A DNA stretch of 64,000 nt from an uncultured virus (IMG/VR IMGVR_UViG_3300025098_000017) (IMGVR_UViG_3300025098_000017); one strand, 5' to 3'. Shown: positions 53,423-60,552, counted from the stretch's first letter. The notes: generated by a model from the sequence alone, not told the origin. Numbers and translations are program-made.

Positions 53423-53659
53423 TTAATTCTCTTCTCTTTCTAGTGTAAGATCTTGAGCGAAGAATATCTCAACGCCACCATCTTGAGGGTCTTTACCATC
53501 AACAACCCACTCCTCATAGCAGGCAATTGCATCAAAATTGCGGTTATCTGCTGCCAATGTTGTCATTGCTTTGAAGTAAGTCTCACCCATAGTGTTAATC
53601 ATGTCATCACGATCGTCAGTCTCGTTGAATGTGAAGAGGTCAAGAGTGGAGTCGAACAT
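53423..53659 (-). CDS. Small acidic hypothetical protein
   Basis: 78 aa, Asp/Glu-rich. Confidence 0.7.
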   Translation of the reverse strand: MFDSTLDLFTFNETDDRDDMINTMGETYFKAMTTLAADNRNFDAIACYEEWVVDGKDPQDGGVEIFFAQDLTLEREEN

Positions 53660-53698
53660 TGTTAGTTAGTGAAGTGAATGATTGAGGGTGAGTGTTGA

Positions 53699-53851
53699 TT
53701 AACCGCCGAACATGTCGTCGAATAGTTGTTGACCAGAACGCTCATCTTGTTCTGCTTTCTTTGCATACTGTGCCATGCGTTCGAGTGCTTCTTCACGAGA
53801 GATTGACTCAGGGAAGTAATACTCGCGACCTGATGGGTTTGTGTAGCGCAT
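53699..53851 (-). CDS. Hypothetical protein (50 aa), not in track
   Basis: MRYTNPSGREYYFPESISREEALERMAQYAKKAEQDERSGQQLFDDMFGG; directly after element copy 5. Confidence 0.75.
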   Translation of the reverse strand: MRYTNPSGREYYFPESISREEALERMAQYAKKAEQDERSGQQLFDDMFGG

Positions 53852-53937
53852 TGGGTTCGTTTCTTTGACTCTTATAGTATTGCAGACTTTAGAGGCATCT
53901 GCAAGCGCCTGTGTGCCACTTTAAGGGACTGGCACAC
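53852..53937 (-). promoter_or_regulatory. Palindrome+promoter element copy 5
   Basis: GTGTGCCAGTC-CCTTA-AAGTGGCACAC..TTGCAG-N17-AATACT-ATAAGAGTCAAAG. Confidence 0.85.
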
Positions 53938-53940
53938 CCA

Positions 53941-54231
53941 TCACATCCAAAGTAACTCTAACCCCCTACGATTGACCTTCATCGCTGTTAGCGGGAGTGT
54001 AGAGTTTATGTCAACAACTGCACCAACTTTCTTTGAGTTAATTGGTGCGAAGTATTGTCGTTTCTTTGTGTTGTAAAACCCCCAGATTGTGCTAACTGGA
54101 GCGCCACTATTGTAACTATACTCGTTAAGATGGTCACACCAGATACTAATAACATTTGACTTGAATTCAACAGTTCTGTATCTAAATCCTTTGGGTGCTT
54201 CATGAATAAAATCAGCGGGAAGTTCCATCAA
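53941..54231 (-). CDS. Hypothetical protein
   Basis: 96 aa; FIHEAPKGF...STIWGFYNTKKRQYFAPINSKKVG. Confidence 0.75.
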   Translation of the reverse strand: MMELPADFIHEAPKGFRYRTVEFKSNVISIWCDHLNEYSYNSGAPVSTIWGFYNTKKRQYFAPINSKKVGAVVDINSTLPLTAMKVNRRGLELLWM

Positions 54232-54401
54232 TATGTAATAACGAGGTGATTAGAATCGAGAACCTGTTCCTCACTGTCAGTGTAATCTGTCATGTAAGCA
54301 GGAACAAACTCATCATCTTTGATGCTATACAGCGTCACAGTTTGCTGTAGAGTTTCTTTTGAGCAGCACTGAAGTTGCTCTAGAAGTTCAAGATAAGTCA
54401 T
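54228..54401 (-). CDS. Hypothetical protein (likely start MTYLELL)
   Basis: MTYLELLEQLQ...LQQTVTLY...DEFVP. Confidence 0.65.
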   Translation of the reverse strand: MTYLELLEQLQCCSKETLQQTVTLYSIKDDEFVPAYMTDYTDSEEQVLDSNHLVITY

Positions 54402-54445
54402 TTTTTTGTGTTTAAGTTGTGACCACGGAATGAGACCCCAAGACA

Positions 54446-54661
54446 TTAGTTTGGTAGCAATTTAGTAGATGAGATGATTAACAGAAACGAGAGCATGATT
54501 ACAACATCCCACGATTTAGTACGGATGAAGAATGGCACCGAGATGGCATCACCAACAAACTGCATAATCACCCCTAATGATATGTTAACATGTAGGATGA
54601 TGAAATATGCAGTGACCACAAGAAATGATCCTATGACTCTACCAACTGTGTCAATCTTCAT
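54446..54661 (-). CDS. Small three-helix membrane protein
   Basis: MKIDTVGRVIGSFLVVTAYFIILHV...ISVPFFIRTKSWDVVIMLSFLLII. Confidence 0.7.
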   Translation of the reverse strand: MKIDTVGRVIGSFLVVTAYFIILHVNISLGVIMQFVGDAISVPFFIRTKSWDVVIMLSFLLIISSTKLLPN

Positions 54662-54834
54662 CAGAAAGGGTTGCTCCAAGACTCGTACTTCTTCATGGTG
54701 ATGTAACCCTCACGGCAAAGTTCATCAGTAAAGATACCCCATGCCTCACGTTTTGCGACCTTATCTGTCGATCCACTTACCATCCAATTGTAACGGAATT
54801 GCTCTAGTGCTTGGACTTTGGTGATGGTTCGCAT
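54661..54834 (-). CDS. Hypothetical protein (likely start MRTITK)
   Basis: ATG follows the SD of element copy 6; ends D.LCREGYITMKKYESWSNPF. Confidence 0.75.
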   Translation of the reverse strand: MRTITKVQALEQFRYNWMVSGSTDKVAKREAWGIFTDELCREGYITMKKYESWSNPF

Positions 54835-54915
54835 GGTGCTGTTCCTTTGACTCTTATAGTATTGCAGATTTTGAGGCATTTGGCAAGGGGTTTTGACCAG
54901 TTCCTCAACTGGTTT
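54835..54915 (-). promoter_or_regulatory. Palindrome+promoter element copy 6
   Basis: ACCAGTT-GAGG-AACTGGTC..TTGCCA-N17-AATACT-ATAAGAGTCAAAGGA. Confidence 0.85.
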
Positions 54916-54992
54916 GGGTTTGTTGGTGGTATGCTGTCGTGCTGTCGCTGTCATGCCTTGAGAACCCTTGCCACCACTAGAGCAAAGACCTG

Positions 54993-55057
54993 TTTTTTCC
55001 ATAATTCTGTCCGTCAGGTGTGTTTGGTCATGCCTGCCGCTCTCGTTATGGAAAAAA
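54993..55057. repeat. Long nested inverted repeat in non-coding gap
   Basis: TTTTTTCCATAA (54993-55004) / TTATGGAAAAAA (55046-55057) enclosing CAGGTGTG/CATGCCTG. Confidence 0.7.
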
Positions 55058-55069
55058 GACTAAGTGACA

Positions 55070-55261
55070 CTAACTAAACCCTTTCTTCTTTTTATAGTCA
55101 TGGACAATCACAGTTTGATTAGTGATAGGAATTTGGAACCAATATGCTCTGAGTTGGTCATAGTCATCGAATCGTTGTTTGTTGACTGTGTAATAATGTC
55201 GGTCATACAATTTGTCGGATGTAGATGTAAACCAAGTGGAGTCAGTTGTTGTTGGTGTCAT
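55070..55261 (-). CDS. Hypothetical protein
   Basis: 63 aa; start overlaps the helicase stop; WFTSTSDKLYDRHYY. Confidence 0.7.
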   Translation of the reverse strand: MTPTTTDSTWFTSTSDKLYDRHYYTVNKQRFDDYDQLRAYWFQIPITNQTVIVHDYKKKKGFS

Positions 55262-56499
55262 TAGCAGAATGCGACGGGAGGAATACCTTCGATGAAGATG
55301 GCGTTAACAACGTTCTGCAATCTTTGTGCAATAGCGTTGCCCATTTTGTAACCTGTTGGCATGGTGACAATACCCTCAGATTTCTTGTAGAGGTGAAACG
55401 CTCCAGCAGGAATACGACCCTCAGCAACATCACGGCGGTCATCTTGATGAACACGGATAACACGACCGATGGTCTGTGCCATCTCTACGATGGGCAGATT
55501 ACGCAGCAAGATTGTATGTGTCAGACCAGGCACATTGATACCCTCAGACAGAATGGAATAGTGAAAGATAACAAACTTCTTAGAGTCATCAGCGCCCCAC
55601 GATTGCAGCGTGTTGAAGAACTCCTCGCGTCCTACTTTCTTGTCGTTGATGATAGCACCAAACTTGCTGGTGATGTGCATCACGTCATATCCCTTGCGAT
55701 AGAAATACTCAAGGATGTCAGTCTGTCCGAGCATGTTACCCAGAACCTTGCTAGATGGTGCTGCCACCAGAACTTTAGGATTCTGGAACACATCGAGTTG
55801 CTCAAACATATCCTTGAGGTTATCACCATCAACCTCGTGCGCGTTGTACTTGTTACGAGTGCGACTCGTCTCGAAAGCAACAACTTTAGGCGGGACAATT
55901 GCGCCAGCAGCAATCAACTCAGCAGCAGGAACATTGCACAGAGTGCGACCATAAACAGAGACGTTATTCATGCCACGCGAAAGACTCACACCACGACCAT
56001 TTTTAGGAGTAGCAGTGAAATAGTAGCGGCGCTTGGCATACTGTGCCGTGGCAAATACTGCTTTGTGGAAGTGACGACCACAACCATTGTGTGCCTCATC
56101 GAAATAGATAGTGTCAATATTGATGCCACTATCTACAACGCGGTGCAGAGAATGATAGGTGGTGAATATAATACAAGACTCTTTTGCAGCACGCGCAGTA
56201 TCATTGAAGAGTGCAATCTTCTCGGGTTTTGTGCTGCTGAAGTAGTGAGTCTCTCCACTATGTGCATGACAGACATGTGTCCAAGTACCACTGATATGCT
56301 CCATAAACTCCTCACAGAGTTGATTAGCGAGCAAGATGCGTGGAGCAACAACAACAATGGTTTGACCTTGCGCGGCACGATGCAAAGCATCTGCAATCAT
56401 AATATATGTTTTACCACCGCCAGTAGGGATGATCACCTGACCACAATCGTTCGCCTGCATAGCATCGAAGGCACGTTGCTGGTGGGGACGGAGTTGCAT
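55261..56499 (-). CDS. Superfamily 2 (DEAH) helicase, ResIII/type ISP-like
   Basis: Q-motif LRPHQQRA, Walker A PTGGGKT, VAPRILLANQ, TTYHSL, DEAH, TATP, ILSEGINVP, QTIGRVIR. Confidence 0.9.
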   Translation of the reverse strand: MQLRPHQQRAFDAMQANDCGQVIIPTGGGKTYIMIADALHRAAQGQTIVVVAPRILLANQLCEEFMEHISGTWTHVCHAHSGETHYFSSTKPEKIALFNDTARAAKESCIIFTTYHSLHRVVDSGINIDTIYFDEAHNGCGRHFHKAVFATAQYAKRRYYFTATPKNGRGVSLSRGMNNVSVYGRTLCNVPAAELIAAGAIVPPKVVAFETSRTRNKYNAHEVDGDNLKDMFEQLDVFQNPKVLVAAPSSKVLGNMLGQTDILEYFYRKGYDVMHITSKFGAIINDKKVGREEFFNTLQSWGADDSKKFVIFHYSILSEGINVPGLTHTILLRNLPIVEMAQTIGRVIRVHQDDRRDVAEGRIPAGAFHLYKKSEGIVTMPTGYKMGNAIAQRLQNVVNAIFIEGIPPVAFC

Positions 56500-56584
56500 T
56501 GAATGGCGTTCCTTTGACTCTTATAGTATGGCACCTTCTGGGGTGCTTTGGGGGGTTTGGTGGACAGTTTAATCAACTGTCACA
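56500..56584 (-). promoter_or_regulatory. Palindrome+promoter element copy 7 (degenerate -35)
   Basis: GTGACAGTT-GATTA-AACTGTCCAC..CCCCAA-N17-CATACT-ATAAGAGTCAAAGGA; contains the nuclease stop TGA. Confidence 0.8.
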
Positions 56585-57014
56585 TGACCTCAGACAGGTA
56601 AGTTTCCCATAGTTGAAACTCATCAAGAAACTCATCGAAGTTGATAACAGAAACGTCAGGAGTATTCATCCACTGTCCGAACACATTTTCACGATAAGAA
56701 TCGTCGTGTGACCAACCTGGACCAGCAAGAACTATGACTGCTTTTTTATATCCATAGGTCTCACATGCGTGTTGTAAACACATCTGCTCGTATGGAATCT
56801 TCTCCTCAGCAGTACCAGCAACGTCCTGATATTTTAGAGAAACGATAACTTCCTCATCAACGATTAGGTCTGTATTGTGAGCACCACCAGTAGGACGCAA
56901 ACCGATATTTACTTGCTCCTCTACATGATAACCAGAGAGACACAAGATATATTCACATAGGTTCTCGAAGTCCTTACCAGTCTTGTCAGTGCGGCGAGAT
57001 GCGTGAGTTGCCAT
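56580..57014 (-). CDS. PD-(D/E)XK-superfamily nuclease
   Basis: GKDFENLC (helix Glu), TDLIV (Asp), VSLKYQDVAGTAEEKIPYE (S-x-K with a downstream Glu), AVIVLAGPGW. Confidence 0.75.
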   Translation of the reverse strand: MATHASRRTDKTGKDFENLCEYILCLSGYHVEEQVNIGLRPTGGAHNTDLIVDEEVIVSLKYQDVAGTAEEKIPYEQMCLQHACETYGYKKAVIVLAGPGWSHDDSYRENVFGQWMNTPDVSVINFDEFLDEFQLWETYLSEVM

Positions 57015-57103
57015 GGGGTTGATCGTTTCCTTTGACTCTTATAGTATTGCACCTTTTAAGGTGCTTTGCAAGTGATAGTGGACAGTTCAATCTACTGGTA
57101 CAC
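57015..57103 (-). promoter_or_regulatory. Palindrome+promoter element copy 8
   Basis: GTACCAGTA-GATTG-AACTGTCCAC..TTGCAA-N17-AATACT-ATAAGAGTCAAAGGA; contains the dam stop TAG. Confidence 0.85.
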
Positions 57104-57916
57104 AGCAATCAGTTCATTTGCTTTTTTTCTGCTGCTGCCCTTAGCGGAGATGCTACGAGTCACCTGCAACGAATAGATTTTTGCATTTTTGTATAGTTCT
57201 CTACTAACGTCAGTATCATGATTGCTAACGATAACTTTAGCACCCTGACTAGCAAGAGATTCTGCTCTCTTTACTAGTGCAACTTGCTCATCATATGAGA
57301 ACCCTTGCTTGGCATAACTTGCAAAGTTAGCAGTATCAGAAGCAGGAACATAGGGAGGGTCCAGGTATACTACATCACCAGATCCTAGTCCTGCATATAA
57401 ACGACCATCATCAAAATGCACGCTAGCAAAGGTATGCTGACGCATGAGAAAATACATACGAAAGTCCATCATTGCCGTGCTAGGTAACATTGGATTCTTC
57501 ATCTTACCAAATGGCACATTGAAACCACCGCCAGAATTATATCGAGTCAGACCATTGAAACAGTGACGGTTGAGATATACAAACAGACGTGAGCGTTCTA
57601 GTGTATCAGTGCTGTCATTGAAATACTTACGAAGAGAAATATATTCTTCCTTGTCGTTATTCTCAGGACGAAAGAAGTCGCCACAATGTTGAATAAAACT
57701 GTCGTCGTTTGGGTTAATCAGGTACTTATAAAGATTGATAAGGTCAGGGTTAATATCATTCAGCACATATCTTTTAGCATCAACATTCAATGCTGTTGCA
57801 CAACTACCAGCGAATGGTTCAACATATGTTTTTGCAGTACCAATCAGAGGCAGTAAATGGTCTAGCACTCTATACTTGTTGCCTGCCCACTTAAGGAATG
57901 GTTTACGCATAATCAA
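57092..57916 (-). CDS. dam: DNA adenine methyltransferase, Dam (D12/alpha class)
   Basis: PFLKWAGNK, YVEPFAGS, LNDIN, YLNRHCFNGLTRYN..GGFNVPFG, VYLDPPY, VSNHD, RSISAKG. Confidence 0.93.
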   Translation of the reverse strand: MIMRKPFLKWAGNKYRVLDHLLPLIGTAKTYVEPFAGSCATALNVDAKRYVLNDINPDLINLYKYLINPNDDSFIQHCGDFFRPENNDKEEYISLRKYFNDSTDTLERSRLFVYLNRHCFNGLTRYNSGGGFNVPFGKMKNPMLPSTAMMDFRMYFLMRQHTFASVHFDDGRLYAGLGSGDVVYLDPPYVPASDTANFASYAKQGFSYDEQVALVKRAESLASQGAKVIVSNHDTDVSRELYKNAKIYSLQVTRSISAKGSSRKKANELIAVYQ

Positions 57917-58092
57917 TAAGAATAGGTGGAGAGATTGCGAGCGGGGACGTGATAACCATTTTTAGGATTTTTCACATCAAAGACCCATACTAACTCATCA
58001 TCGGATGCTTTGTAAACATCCATGGCAAACATAGGAACAAGTTTGACGATGAGAGCACCCCAATGATACTCAGTTTCAAAATCGAAAATCAT
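57913..58092 (-). CDS. Hypothetical protein (likely start MIFDFE)
   Basis: ATG follows the SD of element copy 9; the track's extension is repeat-derived. Confidence 0.7.
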   Translation of the reverse strand: MIFDFETEYHWGALIVKLVPMFAMDVYKASDDELVWVFDVKNPKNGYHVPARNLSTYSY

Positions 58093-58170
58093 GCTTTTCC
58101 TTTGACTCTTATAGTATGGCACGAAAAAGGCACCCCGTCAAGGGTGCCCGACCAGTTTGCTGACTGTCAC
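58093..58170 (-). promoter_or_regulatory. Palindrome+promoter element copy 9
   Basis: GTGACAGTC-AGCA-AACTGGTC..TTGACG-N17-CATACT-ATAAGAGTCAAAGGA; contains the upstream TGA. Confidence 0.85.
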
Positions 58171-58328
58171 GCGGGGAGAACATCCCAGTTTACATTTTCT
58201 GGCACAAGATTGTCGATTACATATTCAACGTTGTGCATTCCATAAACTACAACTTCTTGAGTTGCATAAAATCCTGGTTTCTTCTCCTTTTTCCAGAGAA
58301 TACGCCAACGGTCATAGTCCTTCTTCAT
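58167..58328 (-). CDS. Hypothetical protein (likely start MKKDYD)
   Basis: RWRILWKKEKKPGFYATQEVVVY...NWDVLPA. Confidence 0.65.
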   Translation of the reverse strand: MKKDYDRWRILWKKEKKPGFYATQEVVVYGMHNVEYVIDNLVPENVNWDVLPA

Positions 58329-58911
58329 AGGTTTCCCATACTCTAACAAATTTACTTACCTCAGTTTGTGTAGACACTTGAATCACATTGTCAGCATGTT
58401 CAACACTGATTTGTTCAAAACCAACATTACCTGCAATGATAACACGTTCTTCATTTGAAGTGTTATTATCAACCTTATGTAATGCCCAAGCAGGAAAAAC
58501 AATGAAGTCACCTTTATCTTGCTTAGGATATACATCTTTGCCGTTTACATCAACAAAATGAAAACATTTTTGTGTTGTTGGTCGTATAAAATGCACCCAA
58601 GAAAGTGCTTCCCCGCCACAAAAATGGTCATGTTGACCATGATTAGACTTAGTATTCTTGCCATAAACTTGCATCCAAAATGGATACTTAAACCTAATTC
58701 TATTATACAGAGTCAGGTCTTTAGTTACTTGGTTTAGAATTTCTAAGTAAAAGGAGTGTAAACAGTTTTCTGGTCTATCTTCACAGTTCAGATAATATGA
58801 AGAATGATGATTAAACTTATGATTGTATGCTTTAGGATACATTTTAAGTTTATCCACCATTGGTTCAATGGTAGACTCCTCAATTACATAATTACCTGAC
58901 CATAGTATCAC
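58312..58911 (-). CDS. 2OG-Fe(II) oxygenase (TIGR02466-like)
   Basis: FWMQVY...HGQHDH...LSWVHF...GDFIVFPAWALHKV.....ERVIIAGN. Confidence 0.85.
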   Translation of the reverse strand: MILWSGNYVIEESTIEPMVDKLKMYPKAYNHKFNHHSSYYLNCEDRPENCLHSFYLEILNQVTKDLTLYNRIRFKYPFWMQVYGKNTKSNHGQHDHFCGGEALSWVHFIRPTTQKCFHFVDVNGKDVYPKQDKGDFIVFPAWALHKVDNNTSNEERVIIAGNVGFEQISVEHADNVIQVSTQTEVSKFVRVWETYEEGL

Positions 58912-59183
58912 AATTTACCTCCAACTGTACTGTCATAAGTTACACCAGACAACCCATCATAACCATCACGGTTCCACTTTAGATGCCAATAAGTCATAGT
59001 GGCGATGGATTCCTGAGTTGGTCCTGTAAGAAGTTTTTCACCGTTTTCACTGATACTAGTGAACAATCCAAATCTAGACTTATAGATTCTGATTTTTCCT
59101 AGGTCTTCATTGTCAACATAATGAGACCATTCAGTAACCCATTTGTCAAAAGTGTGAAGTTTGAATGTAGTTTGTTCAAGCAT
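58908..59183 (-). CDS. Hypothetical protein (likely start MLEQTT)
   Basis: RIYKSRFGLFTS...YDSTVGGKL. Confidence 0.7.
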   Translation of the reverse strand: MLEQTTFKLHTFDKWVTEWSHYVDNEDLGKIRIYKSRFGLFTSISENGEKLLTGPTQESIATMTYWHLKWNRDGYDGLSGVTYDSTVGGKL

Positions 59184-59304
59184 TGCAGATGTCATTGATG
59201 ACCTCATCTTCAGAACCAAGAATAGAAGAAACCCAATCGTCTTCTTCTACTTGAACCATGTCAGTCTCTTGCCAAGACACATTGAAAGTTTCATCACTGA
59301 ACAT
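59176..59304 (-). CDS. Small acidic protein (42 aa), not in track
   Basis: MFSDETFNVSWQETDMVQVEEDDWVSSILGSEDEVINDICNA; overlaps both neighbours by a few nt. Confidence 0.6.
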   Translation of the reverse strand: MFSDETFNVSWQETDMVQVEEDDWVSSILGSEDEVINDICNA

Positions 59305-59476
59305 ACTGACCGAATCCATTGTTTTGAGAGATTTGTGCTGAACGTTTCCAGTTCTTCAACTGAGAACGTTTTGTTTTGAGTTTAATTAGTTCTTCTGAAG
59401 AATAATTAGTTTCGCCGTTTTCACCTTTTTTGATGACTTTGTTCAATAGGCGGATGTCCTTGTTCAGTTCGTTCAT
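59294..59476 (-). CDS. Small basic hypothetical protein
   Basis: 60 aa; YSSEELIKLK...NGFG; directly after element copy 10. Confidence 0.65.
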   Translation of the reverse strand: MNELNKDIRLLNKVIKKGENGETNYSSEELIKLKTKRSQLKNWKRSAQISQNNGFGQYVQ

Positions 59477-59538
59477 TGTTAGTATTGCATAGATTGATTA
59501 GGTTGGCAAGGCATAGTGGACACCTTGCGAAGTGTCAC
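59477..59538 (-). promoter_or_regulatory. Palindrome+promoter element copy 10
   Basis: GTGACACTT-CGCA-AGGTGTCCAC..TTGCCA-N17-AATACT; contains the upstream TGA. Confidence 0.8.
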
Positions 59539-59732
59539 TGTCGATACAGTTCACTTAAATGTAAAATGTCAACAATTTCTTTCACTCGTTCCATCTTACT
59601 TAGATAAGCATCTTCAGGAATCACACCATCAGCGTAATATCGTTTTTGTATGTCTGAAACATACAAAATTAACGCATCTTTTAGAACCATCTTCTCATCC
59701 TTGTCAAGGATTGGTGAGTGTAAAAATTGCAT
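59535..59732 (-). CDS. Hypothetical protein
   Basis: 65 aa; coupled to the upstream ORF. Confidence 0.7.
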   Translation of the reverse strand: MQFLHSPILDKDEKMVLKDALILYVSDIQKRYYADGVIPEDAYLSKMERVKEIVDILHLSELYRQ

Positions 59733-59917
59733 TAGTCGTCTCTTCTTAGAGTTTTTAGATAGTCAAGAACATAGGAACGGACATACATCAGTTCGGTGTA
59801 ACATTTTTGGTTGTGAGCACACTCACGCAACTTACTGTCTGGTTTCAGTACAGATTCCATGAACAAATCGAGTCCTCGGTTGAACTTAATGTCTTGTGAT
59901 TCGTTTTCAAAGTCCAT
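59732..59917 (-). CDS. Hypothetical protein (likely start MDFENE)
   Basis: KFNRGLDLFMESVLKPDSKLRECAHNQKCYTELM. Confidence 0.7.
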   Translation of the reverse strand: MDFENESQDIKFNRGLDLFMESVLKPDSKLRECAHNQKCYTELMYVRSYVLDYLKTLRRDD

Positions 59918-60003
59918 TTGATTAGTATTGTGAGGTGTAGTCCATGTCATAATCTACTTCGGAATAGTCATCGAACTCGACAATTTCAAATTCCTTTTCG
60001 ATG

Positions 60004-60204
60004 TCAATACCATCCAGTGTCGTTGTCAAGTTCAGGATCGAACTTTTTTCTTCCTGCTTTTTTCTTTTCTTGGTAGTCATCGAAGTTGTTGTCATCTCCC
60101 CAGTTTGTGCGATTGGTTCCGCCACGTTGACGCTTGTCTCTGATAGATTTTCCGAAAGAGTAATAACCTCTTTCATCTCCACCACGTCGAAATGTCTTGC
60201 CCAT
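60004..60204 (-). CDS. Small basic hypothetical protein
   Basis: MGKTFRRGG...GKSIRDKRQRGG. Confidence 0.65.
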   Translation of the reverse strand: MGKTFRRGGDERGYYSFGKSIRDKRQRGGTNRTNWGDDNNFDDYQEKKKAGRKKFDPELDNDTGWY

Positions 60205-60247
60205 TGTAATGAAAATGTATCTGAAATAAATTTACAATACTATGTAT

Positions 60248-60469
60248 TCAGTTGTCGTTTTGATTATAGAGGTGAAGCAAATCATCATCTTCGTATGATT
60301 CTGCTTCAGGAGTAGGATATACCTGAGTATGAAGTTCCTCGAAACAATATCCGACACCTTTTAAGAAGTCTTCTGTTTTGTCCACAACATCTTCTAGGAT
60401 TGTTGCTTCAAATTCTTTAGTTGTCACTGTAGAATCTTCATCAGTACAGATGAGAGTGAATTGAGGCAT
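60248..60469 (-). CDS. Small acidic hypothetical protein
   Basis: KEFEATILEDVVDKTEDFLKGVGY; AGGA SD after element copy 11. Confidence 0.75.
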   Translation of the reverse strand: MPQFTLICTDEDSTVTTKEFEATILEDVVDKTEDFLKGVGYCFEELHTQVYPTPEAESYEDDDLLHLYNQNDN

Positions 60470-60552
60470 GGTCCTATGATTGATTACCTATGTAATATAG
60501 CATGGTGATGGGGGGAATGCAACCCCCGTGTACCACTAGTTGCAAGTGTCAT
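60470..60552 (-). promoter_or_regulatory. Palindrome+promoter element copy 11
   Basis: ATGACACTT-GCAAC-TAGTGGTACAC..TTGCAT-N17-TATATT; contains the upstream TAG. Confidence 0.75.

Noticed and set aside
55246..56502. 418-aa plus-strand ORF exactly antisense to the helicase
   Set aside because: It mirrors the helicase gene end to end, has no recognisable motifs, SD or promoter, and starts at a non-ATG codon. Best explained as a codon-bias shadow ORF.
53343..58117. Identical 18-mer repeats considered as a CRISPR array
   Set aside because: The repeats are separated by 0.5-1.7 kb of coding sequence rather than 30-40 nt spacers, they coincide with -10/leader sequences, and no cas genes are visible.
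50304..58122. Track N-terminal extensions such as MPYYKSQRKS, ..LQYYKSQRNST and ..CHTIRVKGKHH
   Set aside because: They are translations of the promoter repeat. The real starts are most likely the ATGs after the AAAGGA SD or the leader.
59922..60185. 87-aa track ORF overlapping 60004..60204
   Set aside because: Most of it overlaps a better ORF. Only the acidic last 30 or so codons might be a real peptide, and no clear start was found.
50691..60552. Palindrome as a CRP or NtcA box, or as a rho-independent terminator
   Set aside because: Arm spacing does not match TGTGA-N6-TCACA or GTA-N8-TAC. The stems are imperfect and have no U-tract.
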